Shown here one piece after another: positions 7,977-17,071 of a stretch of DNA of 48,876 bases. The stretch comes from a virus. Taxonomy: Duplodnaviria > Caudoviricetes. Each line of letters opens with the position of its first letter. Within the stretch, counting starts at the first letter, position 1. Location of the stretch: positions 1-48,876 of the IMG/VR virus record IMGVR_UViG_3300032212_000023; one strand, 5' to 3'. A model generated the notes under the pieces. The model was not told the DNA's origin, made no database searches, and saw only the letters and a program-made list of their open reading frames with translations. The translations under genes and the position numbers were made by a program.

Positions 7977-9925
7977 TTAGCCGTGTGTTCTTCTGTGATA
8001 TCGAGTGCGATGGTTTGCTGGATGAGCTGACTAAGATCCATTGCCTGAGTACTAAGAAGCCTGACGATGATCCTTTCACCTTTACAGATAATCCAAGGGC
8101 TTTTTTTGAGAACCTGTTACCTAACGATGTACTGGTGTTTCATAACGGTCATGGTTATGATCTTGAGGTACTGAAGAAACTGAAGATTATCGATGATTAC
8201 AGTATCTTACCTGACAGTATCACTGTGAATGGTGTACGCAAGGAAGTACAATTGATCGATACACTTGTTTGGAGTAGGAAGTTTTGGCCTGATATGCCTC
8301 AAGGACATGGCCTAGAAGCATGGGCTAAGCGTCTAGGAGCGTACAAGCCACAGATAGATGATTGGGAGAATTTAAGTATCGAGGAGTACATAGAACGAGC
8401 TGAAGAGGATACAATCACCACAGAAGCTGTCTTTAAATACCTTTGTGATAAACTGGGAGTAAATGATGTAGCTGATATCCCACTACATTTAAAGCTCGCC
8501 TCAAAAACTTATGCACTGATGCAAGAGCAAGAGCGTACAGGTATCCTGTTCGATCAGGACAAGGCTAAGAAGCTTGTTCGGTACATTGACAGGAAAATGG
8601 CACGTATTGAGGAGCTTGTAGAGCCGTTGTTACCTGAGCGCCCGTTGAATAAAACAGAGATCAGAGAGCATACACCTCCGAAGCTACAGTTCAAGAAAGA
8701 CGGTACACCGAGCGCTGCTTGTCTGAAGTGGTTTGAGAAGGTTACATATTCCAATACAGAAAGGTGCTATATAGGTAAAAAGGCAGGCAAGTACCCGTAC
8801 CTACCGCACCACGAACCCATCATTACATCCCTACCCATGAAGCTGAAGCACCAGCAGCACATGAAAGATTGGCTGATGCGAGAGGGGTGGAAGCCGGTGT
8901 TTTATAATTTTAAGAAAGATGCTAGAGGCCGTCCAGTAAGAGATGAACGCGGAAAAATAATCACGACCTCACCCAAGTTCCATGAAAACGGTGAGATATG
9001 TCCTGATTTGATTCGGATGGGGTCTCGTGTTAAGCTGATTAAACTGGTTGTTAAGTGGTTGTCTTTACGTAACAGGCGTTCAGTTCTTATCAACGAGGAT
9101 AAAGGAACTGGTTGGCTTAATCACCCTCGTCTGAAGGTAGATGGCAGACTTCCAGCAGCTAGTTCTGGATTAGCTAATACATTCAGACAAAAACACAGAA
9201 CAGTAGCTAACATACCTCGCGTGACAAGCCTGCTAGGCAAAAGAATGCGAGAACTGTTCTGTGCTCCGCCAGACAAAGTTTTTGTTGGTTATGACGCTTC
9301 TGGTTTAGAGGCAAGGGTCGAAGCTGAGCGTAGTTTTAAATACGATAACGGGTTGTATGCAGCAGAATTGTTAGAAGGTGATATCCACAGCAAGAACGCA
9401 AAAGTGTTCGGCACTGATCGTGATGGAGCTAAATCACCGAAGTATGCTATCACTTATGGGTGTGCAGCACCGAAGTTAGCGGGTTTGTTAGGTTGTACAA
9501 CACCAGCAGCGCAGCAGTATATTGATAATTACTGGGAAACTAATTATTCAGTTGGTCAGCACAGACAAACTGTGATTAGTGATTGGAAGAAAAATGGAAA
9601 GAAATATATTACAGGTGTGCTAGGTGATAAGATTGTTACTCGCTCTGAACACTCGTTATTGAATGCTGATTTTCAGAATTTTGGTGCAGTTGTGATGGAC
9701 ATTGCTAATGCGTTTATGGATAAATGGGTGAAGCAGCATAATATCCCTGCAAAACGTGTGGTCTTCTATCACGACGAGGCAATTTGGGAATGTTTTTTAA
9801 AAGATGCGGAACTTATTTCAGAACTTGGTGTCAAAAGTATCAAGAAAGCAGGAGAATACTTAAAAATGAATATCGAATTAGATGCTGATGCGAAGGTCGG
9901 GTACAGCTGGAAGGAGGTTCACTGA
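7973..9925 (+). CDS. Family A DNA polymerase (T7-like) with 3'-5' exonuclease
   Basis: DIE, HNGHGYD, motif A DASGLEAR, motif B RDGAKSPKYAITYG (Tyr at the 762-equivalent), motif C HDE; ATG at 7973 coupled to the upstream stop. Confidence 0.95.
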   Translation: MISRVFFCDIECDGLLDELTKIHCLSTKKPDDDPFTFTDNPRAFFENLLPNDVLVFHNGHGYDLEVLKKLKIIDDYSILPDSITVNGVRKEVQLIDTLVWSRKFWPDMPQGHGLEAWAKRLGAYKPQIDDWENLSIEEYIERAEEDTITTEAVFKYLCDKLGVNDVADIPLHLKLASKTYALMQEQERTGILFDQDKAKKLVRYIDRKMARIEELVEPLLPERPLNKTEIREHTPPKLQFKKDGTPSAACLKWFEKVTYSNTERCYIGKKAGKYPYLPHHEPIITSLPMKLKHQQHMKDWLMREGWKPVFYNFKKDARGRPVRDERGKIITTSPKFHENGEICPDLIRMGSRVKLIKLVVKWLSLRNRRSVLINEDKGTGWLNHPRLKVDGRLPAASSGLANTFRQKHRTVANIPRVTSLLGKRMRELFCAPPDKVFVGYDASGLEARVEAERSFKYDNGLYAAELLEGDIHSKNAKVFGTDRDGAKSPKYAITYGCAAPKLAGLLGCTTPAAQQYIDNYWETNYSVGQHRQTVISDWKKNGKKYITGVLGDKIVTRSEHSLLNADFQNFGAVVMDIANAFMDKWVKQHNIPAKRVVFYHDEAIWECFLKDAELISELGVKSIKKAGEYLKMNIELDADAKVGYSWKEVH

Positions 9926-10149
9926 TGGAAGATTATAAGAGTTTTCATTCAGACGACGGTGAGGTTATAGTCTTCTGGGATGACCGTGGCTTTATTATCA
10001 GCCAAGCAGGTTCGTCTGAGATTGAACCTGAGTACTTAGATTTTGTAATTAACGCATTACAGACAGTCCGTCAAGAGCTAGATGAGCAATCTAGAGATGA
10101 CGCTATATACAATGAAGCTGAAACAACTGAAACCAAAGAGGAAATGTAA
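9925..10149 (+). CDS. Acidic hypothetical protein
   Basis: AGGAGG RBS. Confidence 0.7.
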   Translation: MEDYKSFHSDDGEVIVFWDDRGFIISQAGSSEIEPEYLDFVINALQTVRQELDEQSRDDAIYNEAETTETKEEM

Positions 10150-10800
10150 ATGAGCTTAAACAGACAAGCGCCGCAAGGAACACCTAACAAAGATACCAAC
10201 ATCGAGTACGAAAACTTGGAAGTGGGTGAGCACGATGGCCGCTTAGTTTTCATCGCTGATGTCGGCTTCCATAAACGTGAGTACATGGGGGACTTCAAGG
10301 GTAACTTCCAGAACCTATGTCTCGGTATTGAGATTGTAGGTAAAACATTCACAATGGATGGTGTCCAGAAACCTGTGATGATGTGGACAAAAGCATTCCC
10401 TGTGTATGAGAATATGTTCGAGAACTCAGGTGAATTTAAGTTCTACTCTGCATTTGTACCAACAGCACAGGATAAAGATGTACCTGACTGGGAAGCACAA
10501 CTAGGTAAGCCTGTGAATGTTGTGGTAGAGCACACACCTGATAAGAAAGATCCTAAGAAGGTGTACGATAACATAGCATCGTTAGCACCTATTCCTGCTA
10601 AATATCAGGAAGGTGTAGAAGCTGCAACGATTACACCAGCAGCAGGTAACGGTAAGGAAGTACAAGATGCACTGTACGGACTAGCGAAGTGGTTATTTGA
10701 TAATCAGCTTAGTGATGAGCAATTGGGTCGTGACTTCCACAACGAAGCAGCAGCCGATGCTGTATCAGAGTTTCCAGAAGACGACGATATCCCGTTTTAA
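10150..10800 (+). CDS. Putative single-stranded DNA-binding protein
   Basis: Acidic C-terminus ending DDDIPF; located next to the polymerase. Confidence 0.7.
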   Translation: MSLNRQAPQGTPNKDTNIEYENLEVGEHDGRLVFIADVGFHKREYMGDFKGNFQNLCLGIEIVGKTFTMDGVQKPVMMWTKAFPVYENMFENSGEFKFYSAFVPTAQDKDVPDWEAQLGKPVNVVVEHTPDKKDPKKVYDNIASLAPIPAKYQEGVEAATITPAAGNGKEVQDALYGLAKWLFDNQLSDEQLGRDFHNEAAADAVSEFPEDDDIPF

Positions 10801-10879
10801 TTACCCTCCCATTAACCTGTACACAATGCCACGCAAGTGGCCGTGAAACGCCAAGGAAGGTGTTGTGAATGGAGCTTGT

Positions 10880-11125
10880 ATGAACACAGATATAGAGTAC
10901 AAATTACAGCGAGACCCTGATACTGATACATGGTGGGTGATTGTTGATGGGGATTGTGTTATCCAGCATAAGTCTGTTGAGTACGCACAAGGCTTCCTAG
11001 ACCGCCTGTTGTTATCTAACTGTGAGCAGGCTAAGGAGGTTTATCACCTAGCCCTAGCTTGGAAAGCATCAGGGTTCGCCTTTGAAGAGAAACGAGAGTT
11101 ACAACTGTACTTGGAGCAGATATGA
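10880..11125 (+). CDS. Hypothetical protein
   Basis: GGAG RBS before ATG at 10880. Confidence 0.65.
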   Translation: MNTDIEYKLQRDPDTDTWWVIVDGDCVIQHKSVEYAQGFLDRLLLSNCEQAKEVYHLALAWKASGFAFEEKRELQLYLEQI

Positions 11126-11574
11126 TTTTAAAACGAGAGAGTTTATTTGGTTATTTTCTGAATATGTACGGCCAGTTAGATACATACAAGAATAAGACTG
11201 ATATTTGTATGGTCACTCGTCATTTCTTAATTGGCGTAGTGATTTGGTTGTTTGCCGTGTTGGTTGGTATAGGAAGTCTTTTGGTAGCCATTGACTTACC
11301 TTTATCTGTCTTATTAGCGTATGTATACAATGTACCGCTTAGCCCGTTTTTCGATATAGCTACTGTAGCTATCGGAATCTTAGTATATGGTTTCCTGACG
11401 CTATGGAGCCTCTGGCAAGGTATCAAATACCTAGGACGGCAAACCAAAAAAGCCGTAGTCTCCAGCCATATACCAGAGAACGAGAATGTTATCTCTTTTA
11501 AAAACGCAGTCAAGGAAAAGTATAAGTCATGGAAACATAAATATTGCACTGTTATAGAGATCAAAGACGAATGA
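11122..11574 (+). CDS. Membrane protein
   Basis: Two to three long hydrophobic segments. Confidence 0.7.
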   Translation: MILKRESLFGYFLNMYGQLDTYKNKTDICMVTRHFLIGVVIWLFAVLVGIGSLLVAIDLPLSVLLAYVYNVPLSPFFDIATVAIGILVYGFLTLWSLWQGIKYLGRQTKKAVVSSHIPENENVISFKNAVKEKYKSWKHKYCTVIEIKDE

Positions 11575-11759
11575 ACACAGCTGTGAAGGTAACGTACATC
11601 TTGTGTGCAACATTAATAGACCTTAGCTTGTTATCCTTAGCTGTGTTCTCTCCGTTGTACCTAACACCGGGGATGTATTACTGGACATTCGGAGGGCTTG
11701 TACTGATGGTTATAGCTAGTGTAAGATTTAGTAAACGATTGAATACTTGGAGTGAATGA
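11571..11759 (+). CDS. Small two-TM membrane protein
   Basis: ATGA coupling; two hydrophobic helices. Confidence 0.6.
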   Translation: MNTAVKVTYILCATLIDLSLLSLAVFSPLYLTPGMYYWTFGGLVLMVIASVRFSKRLNTWSE

Positions 11760-11760
11760 G

Positions 11761-11925
11761 ATGATGCCTATATTATATGAAGATGAATCAGGTGCGTATG
11801 ATGCGAATGATATTAAACAGCTGATTGAAGACAGTCAGTTTCTAGAGTGCCTAGTAGCTGCTGGTGTGGATAATTGGGACGGATATGGTGATGCACAAGA
11901 GATGTTAGATGGATCAGACGAATGA
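11761..11925 (+). CDS. Small acidic protein, possibly T3-type gp5.9-like RecBCD inhibitor
   Basis: FLECLVAAGVDNWDGYGDAQEM motif recalled from T3-type gp5.9; lies upstream of the exonuclease; below the ORF-track length cutoff. Confidence 0.5.
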   Translation: MMPILYEDESGAYDANDIKQLIEDSQFLECLVAAGVDNWDGYGDAQEMLDGSDE

Positions 11926-12107
11926 ACTTCGATGACCACAGCGGACTCACTGACGATCAGTACAGAACTGAGATGGCTAGGTTAGCCCTAGCAGGCGATT
12001 GCTTCCCTGAAGTCTTAGACTCTTACGAGTTGTACCGTCAAGCCGGAGAAACAAAACGAATGAGTGCTGTAGCTGCACTTGCTGATTGGGATCTTATTGC
12101 GTCATGA
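11922..12107 (+). CDS. Hypothetical protein
   Basis: ATGA coupling. Confidence 0.6.
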   Translation: MNFDDHSGLTDDQYRTEMARLALAGDCFPEVLDSYELYRQAGETKRMSAVAALADWDLIAS

Positions 12108-12328
12108 GCTTAGAAAGTATGATAATCACCGCCACATTTTTTAATAAGACTAAACGCGTGTTAGCGTACTGTCACAACATGACACCAGATGAGCAGTTCG
12201 ATAGGGTACTATGGGTTGAGAGATCAGAGGATTCTTACGCATTGCTGTCACCTCAACTAAGGGACAAGAAGGTTGCTATTGTACATAGATCTGACTGGTT
12301 AAGCGGTACAGAGGTTACTGAATCATGA
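12104..12328 (+). CDS. Hypothetical protein
   Basis: ATGA coupling at both ends. Confidence 0.6.
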   Translation: MSLESMIITATFFNKTKRVLAYCHNMTPDEQFDRVLWVERSEDSYALLSPQLRDKKVAIVHRSDWLSGTEVTES

Positions 12329-13098
12329 GTTTGAAGTTACAAGCACGTCCAGAGCGAGCAGTTGTACCGGGGCGTACATTGTTGGTTGATGTAGATCTGT
12401 TACTGTACCTCTCACGCGACCCTGATGAGCCGTTGCAGAACGTACTTCATTCAGTCAAGCTTATGCTTCTAGAGATGCAGGAGAACACGAAGTGTGAGCA
12501 CATGCGTTGTATTCTCAGTAGTCCAACAAACTTCAGATACGAAGTGGCCGAGAATTATAAGGCAAACAGAAAGGATAAAGAGAAGCCCCCGCATTACCAA
12601 GCGACTAAGGATTATTTGATCGAGCATTGGGATGCGGAGATTGCTAGAGATAACTGGGAAGCCGATGATGAGATAGCGTCTATGGCTATATGTGCTTGTC
12701 AGGAAGAAGAGAGCAACCCTAATTATTCTATAAAAGATTTAGTTACAGCAACATTGGATAAGGACTTTTTTACCGTCAGTGGTTGGCACTACAAATGGAG
12801 AGGCCATCACAAGAACGAGATATTCTGGGTGAATGAAGAAGACGCTGAAGCATTTCTTTGTTACCAGCTGTTAGTCGGAGATTCTGCTGATCACATTCTC
12901 TCCCCAGTCAAACCTACGAACAAGGATGGGTCGTTAGCCAAGGCAGGGTTCGGTCATGTTAAGGCTAGGGACTTCCTGCTGAACTTCACGTACTCTGAGA
13001 TGCGAGAGGCTGTTCGTAATCTGTATGTACTTCAGGGGTTTGAGCGTGAGTTTGAGATTAATTATAAGTTACTGGCTATTGGACGCACTGAAGTATGA
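12325..13098 (+). CDS. 5'-3' exonuclease/RNase H (T7 gp6-like)
   Basis: DVD, NFRY...YKANR, WEADDEI, LDKD, LVGDSADHI. Confidence 0.9.
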   Translation: MSLKLQARPERAVVPGRTLLVDVDLLLYLSRDPDEPLQNVLHSVKLMLLEMQENTKCEHMRCILSSPTNFRYEVAENYKANRKDKEKPPHYQATKDYLIEHWDAEIARDNWEADDEIASMAICACQEEESNPNYSIKDLVTATLDKDFFTVSGWHYKWRGHHKNEIFWVNEEDAEAFLCYQLLVGDSADHILSPVKPTNKDGSLAKAGFGHVKARDFLLNFTYSEMREAVRNLYVLQGFEREFEINYKLLAIGRTEV

Positions 13099-14405
13099 CT
13101 AAGTTAACCACAAAAGAAAAAGCACAGTACAGGGAAGAGTTAGCAGGGGAGCAGGGTGGGTTGTGTAAGCTTTGCGTCACAGCTTTAGAAGATGACAAAT
13201 CCCTTGATCATTGTTTTACAGGTGAAACTGAGATAATGACGGAGGATGGGTTTGTTAGGTTTGATGAACTTGAAAAAGACGTTAAGGTTTTTCAGTATCA
13301 TTTTAATGGAACTACAGACCTCGTGTTACCGTTGAATTATATCGAGTATGAGTATAAAGGTGACTTAGTGTATTTACACAAATTGAATTACAGTTCTTTG
13401 ACCACCCCGCAACACAGGTTGCCGTTAGTTTCAGATGATTTTTATAGCTGTACAGCGGAGGACTTACCAATCTCTCCAAATATACACAGAGATAAAAATA
13501 TACCAAAAGTATCTAAGTACATAGGTGGTAAAGGAATACCACTTACAGATGATGAGATAAGATTCATGGTGATGTTTCAAGCTGATGGATGTTTCACTAC
13601 AGGTTTGCGATTTAGGTTTAGACGTAAAGAGAAGATACAAAGGTTTGAAGAGTTGATGGGTAGACTTGAAATCCCGTACACCACACATAACACTGATGCT
13701 TTTCAAGCATATATCGGGGTAGATGACTCACCTCAGTATGCTAGTAAAATCTTTGTACAAGATTTAACGTATTTTACTAAACGGCAATTAGAAGTGTTTA
13801 TTGACGAAGTTTCTTTTTGGGACAGTTCATCACAAAGTAATGGATTTCAATACAGTACAACTGTTAAGGAAAACAGGGATTATGTCAGGTTCGCAGCGAC
13901 ATTAGCCGGTTATTCTGGTACTGAGTGGACTAAGGTTAGAAGTGGAAATCATCAAGCACTGCACTATGCAACAGTAACAGAGCCACGGAAGTCTGATAGT
14001 ATAAGGAACACAAAGAAAGAGATTGTCCCTTATGAGGGGCAGGTGTATTGTGTCGAAGTACCAAGTAGCTATATTGTAGTAAAACACGAAGGTCTTGTTA
14101 GCATATCCGGTAACTGCCATACTGAGGGAAACTGTAGAGCTGTGTTACATAGATGGTGTAATGCACAGTTAGGTAGAATAGAGAATGCAGCTAGGCGTAA
14201 CGGTAAAACAGATCATATCACATTCCTTGAGAACTGTGTAGCACTACTGAAAGAGGATCACACTCGTAAGCCTTACCATCCGACGCATAAAAATGACATA
14301 GAGAAACAGATAGCTAAGATTAAAAGGCGTATGGCTAAGTGCAAAACCAAACGTGGTAAGCAGAAAAACAAAGACCTCATCAACAAACTGAGAGAGCAAG
14401 TATGA
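13095..14405 (+). CDS. Endonuclease VII-family resolvase interrupted by an intein
   Basis: Joined exteins give EQGGLCKLC...SLDH|CHTEGNCRAVLHRWCN...HPTH (135 aa). Confidence 0.88.
   Translation: MTKLTTKEKAQYREELAGEQGGLCKLCVTALEDDKSLDHCFTGETEIMTEDGFVRFDELEKDVKVFQYHFNGTTDLVLPLNYIEYEYKGDLVYLHKLNYSSLTTPQHRLPLVSDDFYSCTAEDLPISPNIHRDKNIPKVSKYIGGKGIPLTDDEIRFMVMFQADGCFTTGLRFRFRRKEKIQRFEELMGRLEIPYTTHNTDAFQAYIGVDDSPQYASKIFVQDLTYFTKRQLEVFIDEVSFWDSSSQSNGFQYSTTVKENRDYVRFAATLAGYSGTEWTKVRSGNHQALHYATVTEPRKSDSIRNTKKEIVPYEGQVYCVEVPSSYIVVKHEGLVSISGNCHTEGNCRAVLHRWCNAQLGRIENAARRNGKTDHITFLENCVALLKEDHTRKPYHPTHKNDIEKQIAKIKRRMAKCKTKRGKQKNKDLINKLREQV
13212..14114 (+). mobile_element. Intein (301 aa) with a LAGLIDADG-like homing endonuclease domain
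   Basis: Block A CFTGETEIMTEDG, block B TTPQHR, blocks C/E FQADG and FWDS, block F YEGQVYCVEVP, block G ISGN|C. Confidence 0.92.
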
Positions 14406-14581
14406 ACAAAACCCCTAAACAACGCTGCATCGAGCAGTGCATGGAGGGAACAGAATTCCTGTTCGAGTTACGTTCCTTCAGCTTAGAGATGCTTAGTAGT
14501 GCAGATCCTGTCCGACAAGAGGACGGAGAGGCACTAGAGCAGATTTTAATCAAGTACAACATTATTGAGGGTAAGGAATGA
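14402..14581 (+). CDS. Hypothetical protein (59 aa)
   Basis: ATGA coupling at both ends. Confidence 0.55.
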   Translation: MNKTPKQRCIEQCMEGTEFLFELRSFSLEMLSSADPVRQEDGEALEQILIKYNIIEGKE

Positions 14582-14733
14582 ATGTATTAGACCCTAAGAT
14601 TTTTAATTATATAATTATGACACTGTATACAATTAATGTTGCTTGGTGGGCTTATCAAGGTCACTATGGTCAATCATGGTACTGGGCAAGTGCTGCTAGT
14701 ATTACAGCCGCTGTAACTTGGGGTATGAAGTGA
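14578..14733 (+). CDS. Small membrane protein (51 aa)
   Basis: Coupled ORF; hydrophobic and Trp-rich. Confidence 0.55.
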   Translation: MNVLDPKIFNYIIMTLYTINVAWWAYQGHYGQSWYWASAASITAAVTWGMK

Positions 14734-14954
14734 CTGCACCTATCATCAACATAGCTGAGCGTAAATACAAAGACCTAGCCCAGCAGTTCTGGGATACAGT
14801 CGAGGACTACATGGCCGCTGGGTGTACACAGGACGAGAGTATTCAAAGCGCAGGTATGGTTATCTCCTGTACGCTAGAGAAACAGGGTATACCTGTACAG
14901 GATTTTAATCTAGCAGCGAGAGCTGAAGCTAAACGAAGAGGGTACGATAAATGA
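14730..14954 (+). CDS. Hypothetical protein
   Basis: GTGA coupling. Confidence 0.6.
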   Translation: MTAPIINIAERKYKDLAQQFWDTVEDYMAAGCTQDESIQSAGMVISCTLEKQGIPVQDFNLAARAEAKRRGYDK

Positions 14955-15157
14955 AATGTGAAGAAATTGCTTATCGGAAGTGTCAGGCTAAAGTTGGAGA
15001 TTATGATATCGAAATGGATACTAAGGGTAACTCTTGCCTTAAGATTATTGATTGCCCATCGTTCGGAGGTTCGTTCCTTAACCGTATTGCTATAGAGAAG
15101 AAATACGCTAAGGCAGTACTACTAGAAGCGTTAGCTATTGTTGAGGAGTTAGAATGA
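14951..15157 (+). CDS. Hypothetical protein
   Basis: GAGGG RBS; coupled. Confidence 0.65.
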   Translation: MKCEEIAYRKCQAKVGDYDIEMDTKGNSCLKIIDCPSFGGSFLNRIAIEKKYAKAVLLEALAIVEELE

Positions 15158-15342
15158 ACGTGCAAGATAAAGTAGTTAAACTGTTATTTGATGAGTACGT
15201 AATTTGTGATGTACTCGTAGATAAATTACTACCTGAGCAGAGATGGACACCAGAAGCTAAAGCTGATTTAACTGCTGAACAAGGTTATGGTTTAGCAAGA
15301 GAGGAACTGAGAGTACAACTTCAACGGTTACTAGGAGAATAG
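15154..15342 (+). CDS. Hypothetical protein
   Basis: GAGGAG RBS; coupled. Confidence 0.65.
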   Translation: MNVQDKVVKLLFDEYVICDVLVDKLLPEQRWTPEAKADLTAEQGYGLAREELRVQLQRLLGE

Positions 15343-15343
15343 T

Positions 15344-16039
15344 ATGGACAATTGTCTAATAATCTCCGATACACACTTTCCGTACGCACACAAAGATACC
15401 TTTCGTTTCCTTGAAGCGGTAGCTGATGCTTACGATATCAAGGTTGTTAAACACTCAGGTGATGCTGCTGATAATCATACAGCAAGTTACCACGAGATAG
15501 AGTACGGTACGTTATCGGCTAAGGATGAGTTCAAGAAAGCTAAGAAAGATATGCAGCAGTTATCTGAACTTTTCCCTGAGATGACTGTCGTACTAGGTAA
15601 TCACTGTAAACTGAACCACAGGAAAGCAAAGACAGCTGGTATTCCTGAAGATGCACTGAAGAGTTATAACGATGTGTACGATGTGAACTGGCACTGGACG
15701 GATAAAGATTACTTCCCTGTTTCAGGTAAAGATGATATGTGTTTGTTAACTCATGCGATGTCATCCAGTACACTGAATAACGCTAAGATACATTCACACC
15801 ATACAATTCAGGGACACCATCATGGAACCTTTGGCTTGGAGTACTTCGCAGATACAGAGAAGTTACGCTGGGCAATGACTGTGGGATGTTTAGTAGACCC
15901 GCACTCTCCAGCTTTTAATTACGCTAAGGGGGCTACGAGTAAACGCCCAATCTTGGGGTGCGGCATGATAATCGAGAACGAGCCGATCATGCGGCCTATG
16001 AAACTTAAGAAGAACGGACGCTGGGATAACAAGCTATGA
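15344..16039 (+). CDS. Calcineurin-like metallophosphoesterase
   Basis: SDTH, GDAAD, GNH, TH, GHHH motifs. Confidence 0.88.
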   Translation: MDNCLIISDTHFPYAHKDTFRFLEAVADAYDIKVVKHSGDAADNHTASYHEIEYGTLSAKDEFKKAKKDMQQLSELFPEMTVVLGNHCKLNHRKAKTAGIPEDALKSYNDVYDVNWHWTDKDYFPVSGKDDMCLLTHAMSSSTLNNAKIHSHHTIQGHHHGTFGLEYFADTEKLRWAMTVGCLVDPHSPAFNYAKGATSKRPILGCGMIIENEPIMRPMKLKKNGRWDNKL

Positions 16040-16281
16040 ACTACGACGACTTCAGTGACGACATAAAAGCGAAGCACATGATCGCTGAGTTCATTAACTC
16101 GCACCCTGACCCACAGGCTAGGCTTAAGCTTCACGAGTACCAGAACAGATTGAATGGTATGTTAGAGAGTTTAGAACCTGCTGACAGGGTTGCTGTTATT
16201 GTTTCCCTGATGCGTGAGAACCAAGATACTATTGAAGAATTGATTAATGAGATTAAAGGAGAGATACATGGGTTGGAATAA
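16036..16281 (+). CDS. Hypothetical protein
   Basis: Coupled ORF. Confidence 0.65.
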   Translation: MNYDDFSDDIKAKHMIAEFINSHPDPQARLKLHEYQNRLNGMLESLEPADRVAVIVSLMRENQDTIEELINEIKGEIHGLE

Positions 16282-16519
16282 CCGAGTAATGCGGTACAAA
16301 GACGGTTCATTAGGCATCCATGAAGTGTACTACGAAGATGATGGCACTGTGAACGGATACACAATAGAAGCTGTAGGTTGCTACGGGGATGACTTAGAGG
16401 ATTTAAAACTAGGGTTAGATTTGAAATTACAAGCACTCGACAGAGAGATACTGGATTACGAAAGCGATCTTACGGCAGAGAGATTACGGGAGATTAAAGG
16501 AGAAATCAATGGCTTGTGA
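16268..16519 (+). CDS. Phage hypothetical protein
   Basis: AAGGAG RBS; WNNRVM...IHEVYY motif. Confidence 0.7.
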   Translation: MGWNNRVMRYKDGSLGIHEVYYEDDGTVNGYTIEAVGCYGDDLEDLKLGLDLKLQALDREILDYESDLTAERLREIKGEINGL

Positions 16520-16994
16520 TGACCATGACTGTGTAGTTTGTAAAGAGTATGATCTATCCTACCGTGCAGCTATAAAGGCACAGCGGAGATTAGAAGATGA
16601 GGCTCGTATGGATCACATCGGACAGAACGGTGGGGAAGGGTTGCATTACGATGTGTGCGAAGAGGATAGGGAGTTACAAAACGAAGGTAGTGATTTGTTT
16701 GAAGACGTGCAACCTTGTCTTGATGTGAAATGTGACGATTGCAATTGCAGTAGCCAGTACGATGCCGTCAAACAACCCAAGCATTACGAGTTGGATATCC
16801 TCCGTAGCGATGGTACGCTTGTACAGGCTATCGATGTTATTCACGCTGTTCTTTCTGAGGAGGAGTTCAGAGGGTATTGCAAAGGCAATCAGTTAAAATA
16901 CCTTTTACGAGCAAGTAAAAAGAACGGTGATGAGGATTACAGGAAAGCAGAACAGTACATTAATTTTATGTTTACAGATTGGAGTGAAGAATGA
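16509..16994 (+). CDS. DUF3310 (T7 gp1.7-like) domain protein
   Basis: DAVKQPKHY...GYCKGNQLKYLLRASKKNGDEDYRKA. Confidence 0.8.
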   Translation: MACDDHDCVVCKEYDLSYRAAIKAQRRLEDEARMDHIGQNGGEGLHYDVCEEDRELQNEGSDLFEDVQPCLDVKCDDCNCSSQYDAVKQPKHYELDILRSDGTLVQAIDVIHAVLSEEEFRGYCKGNQLKYLLRASKKNGDEDYRKAEQYINFMFTDWSEE

Positions 16995-17071
16995 TCAGCC
17001 CTAACTTCATAGCGTTTATCATCGGATTGTTTATAATTTTAGCAGTGCTTGTTGCACTGTAAGGAGAGGAA

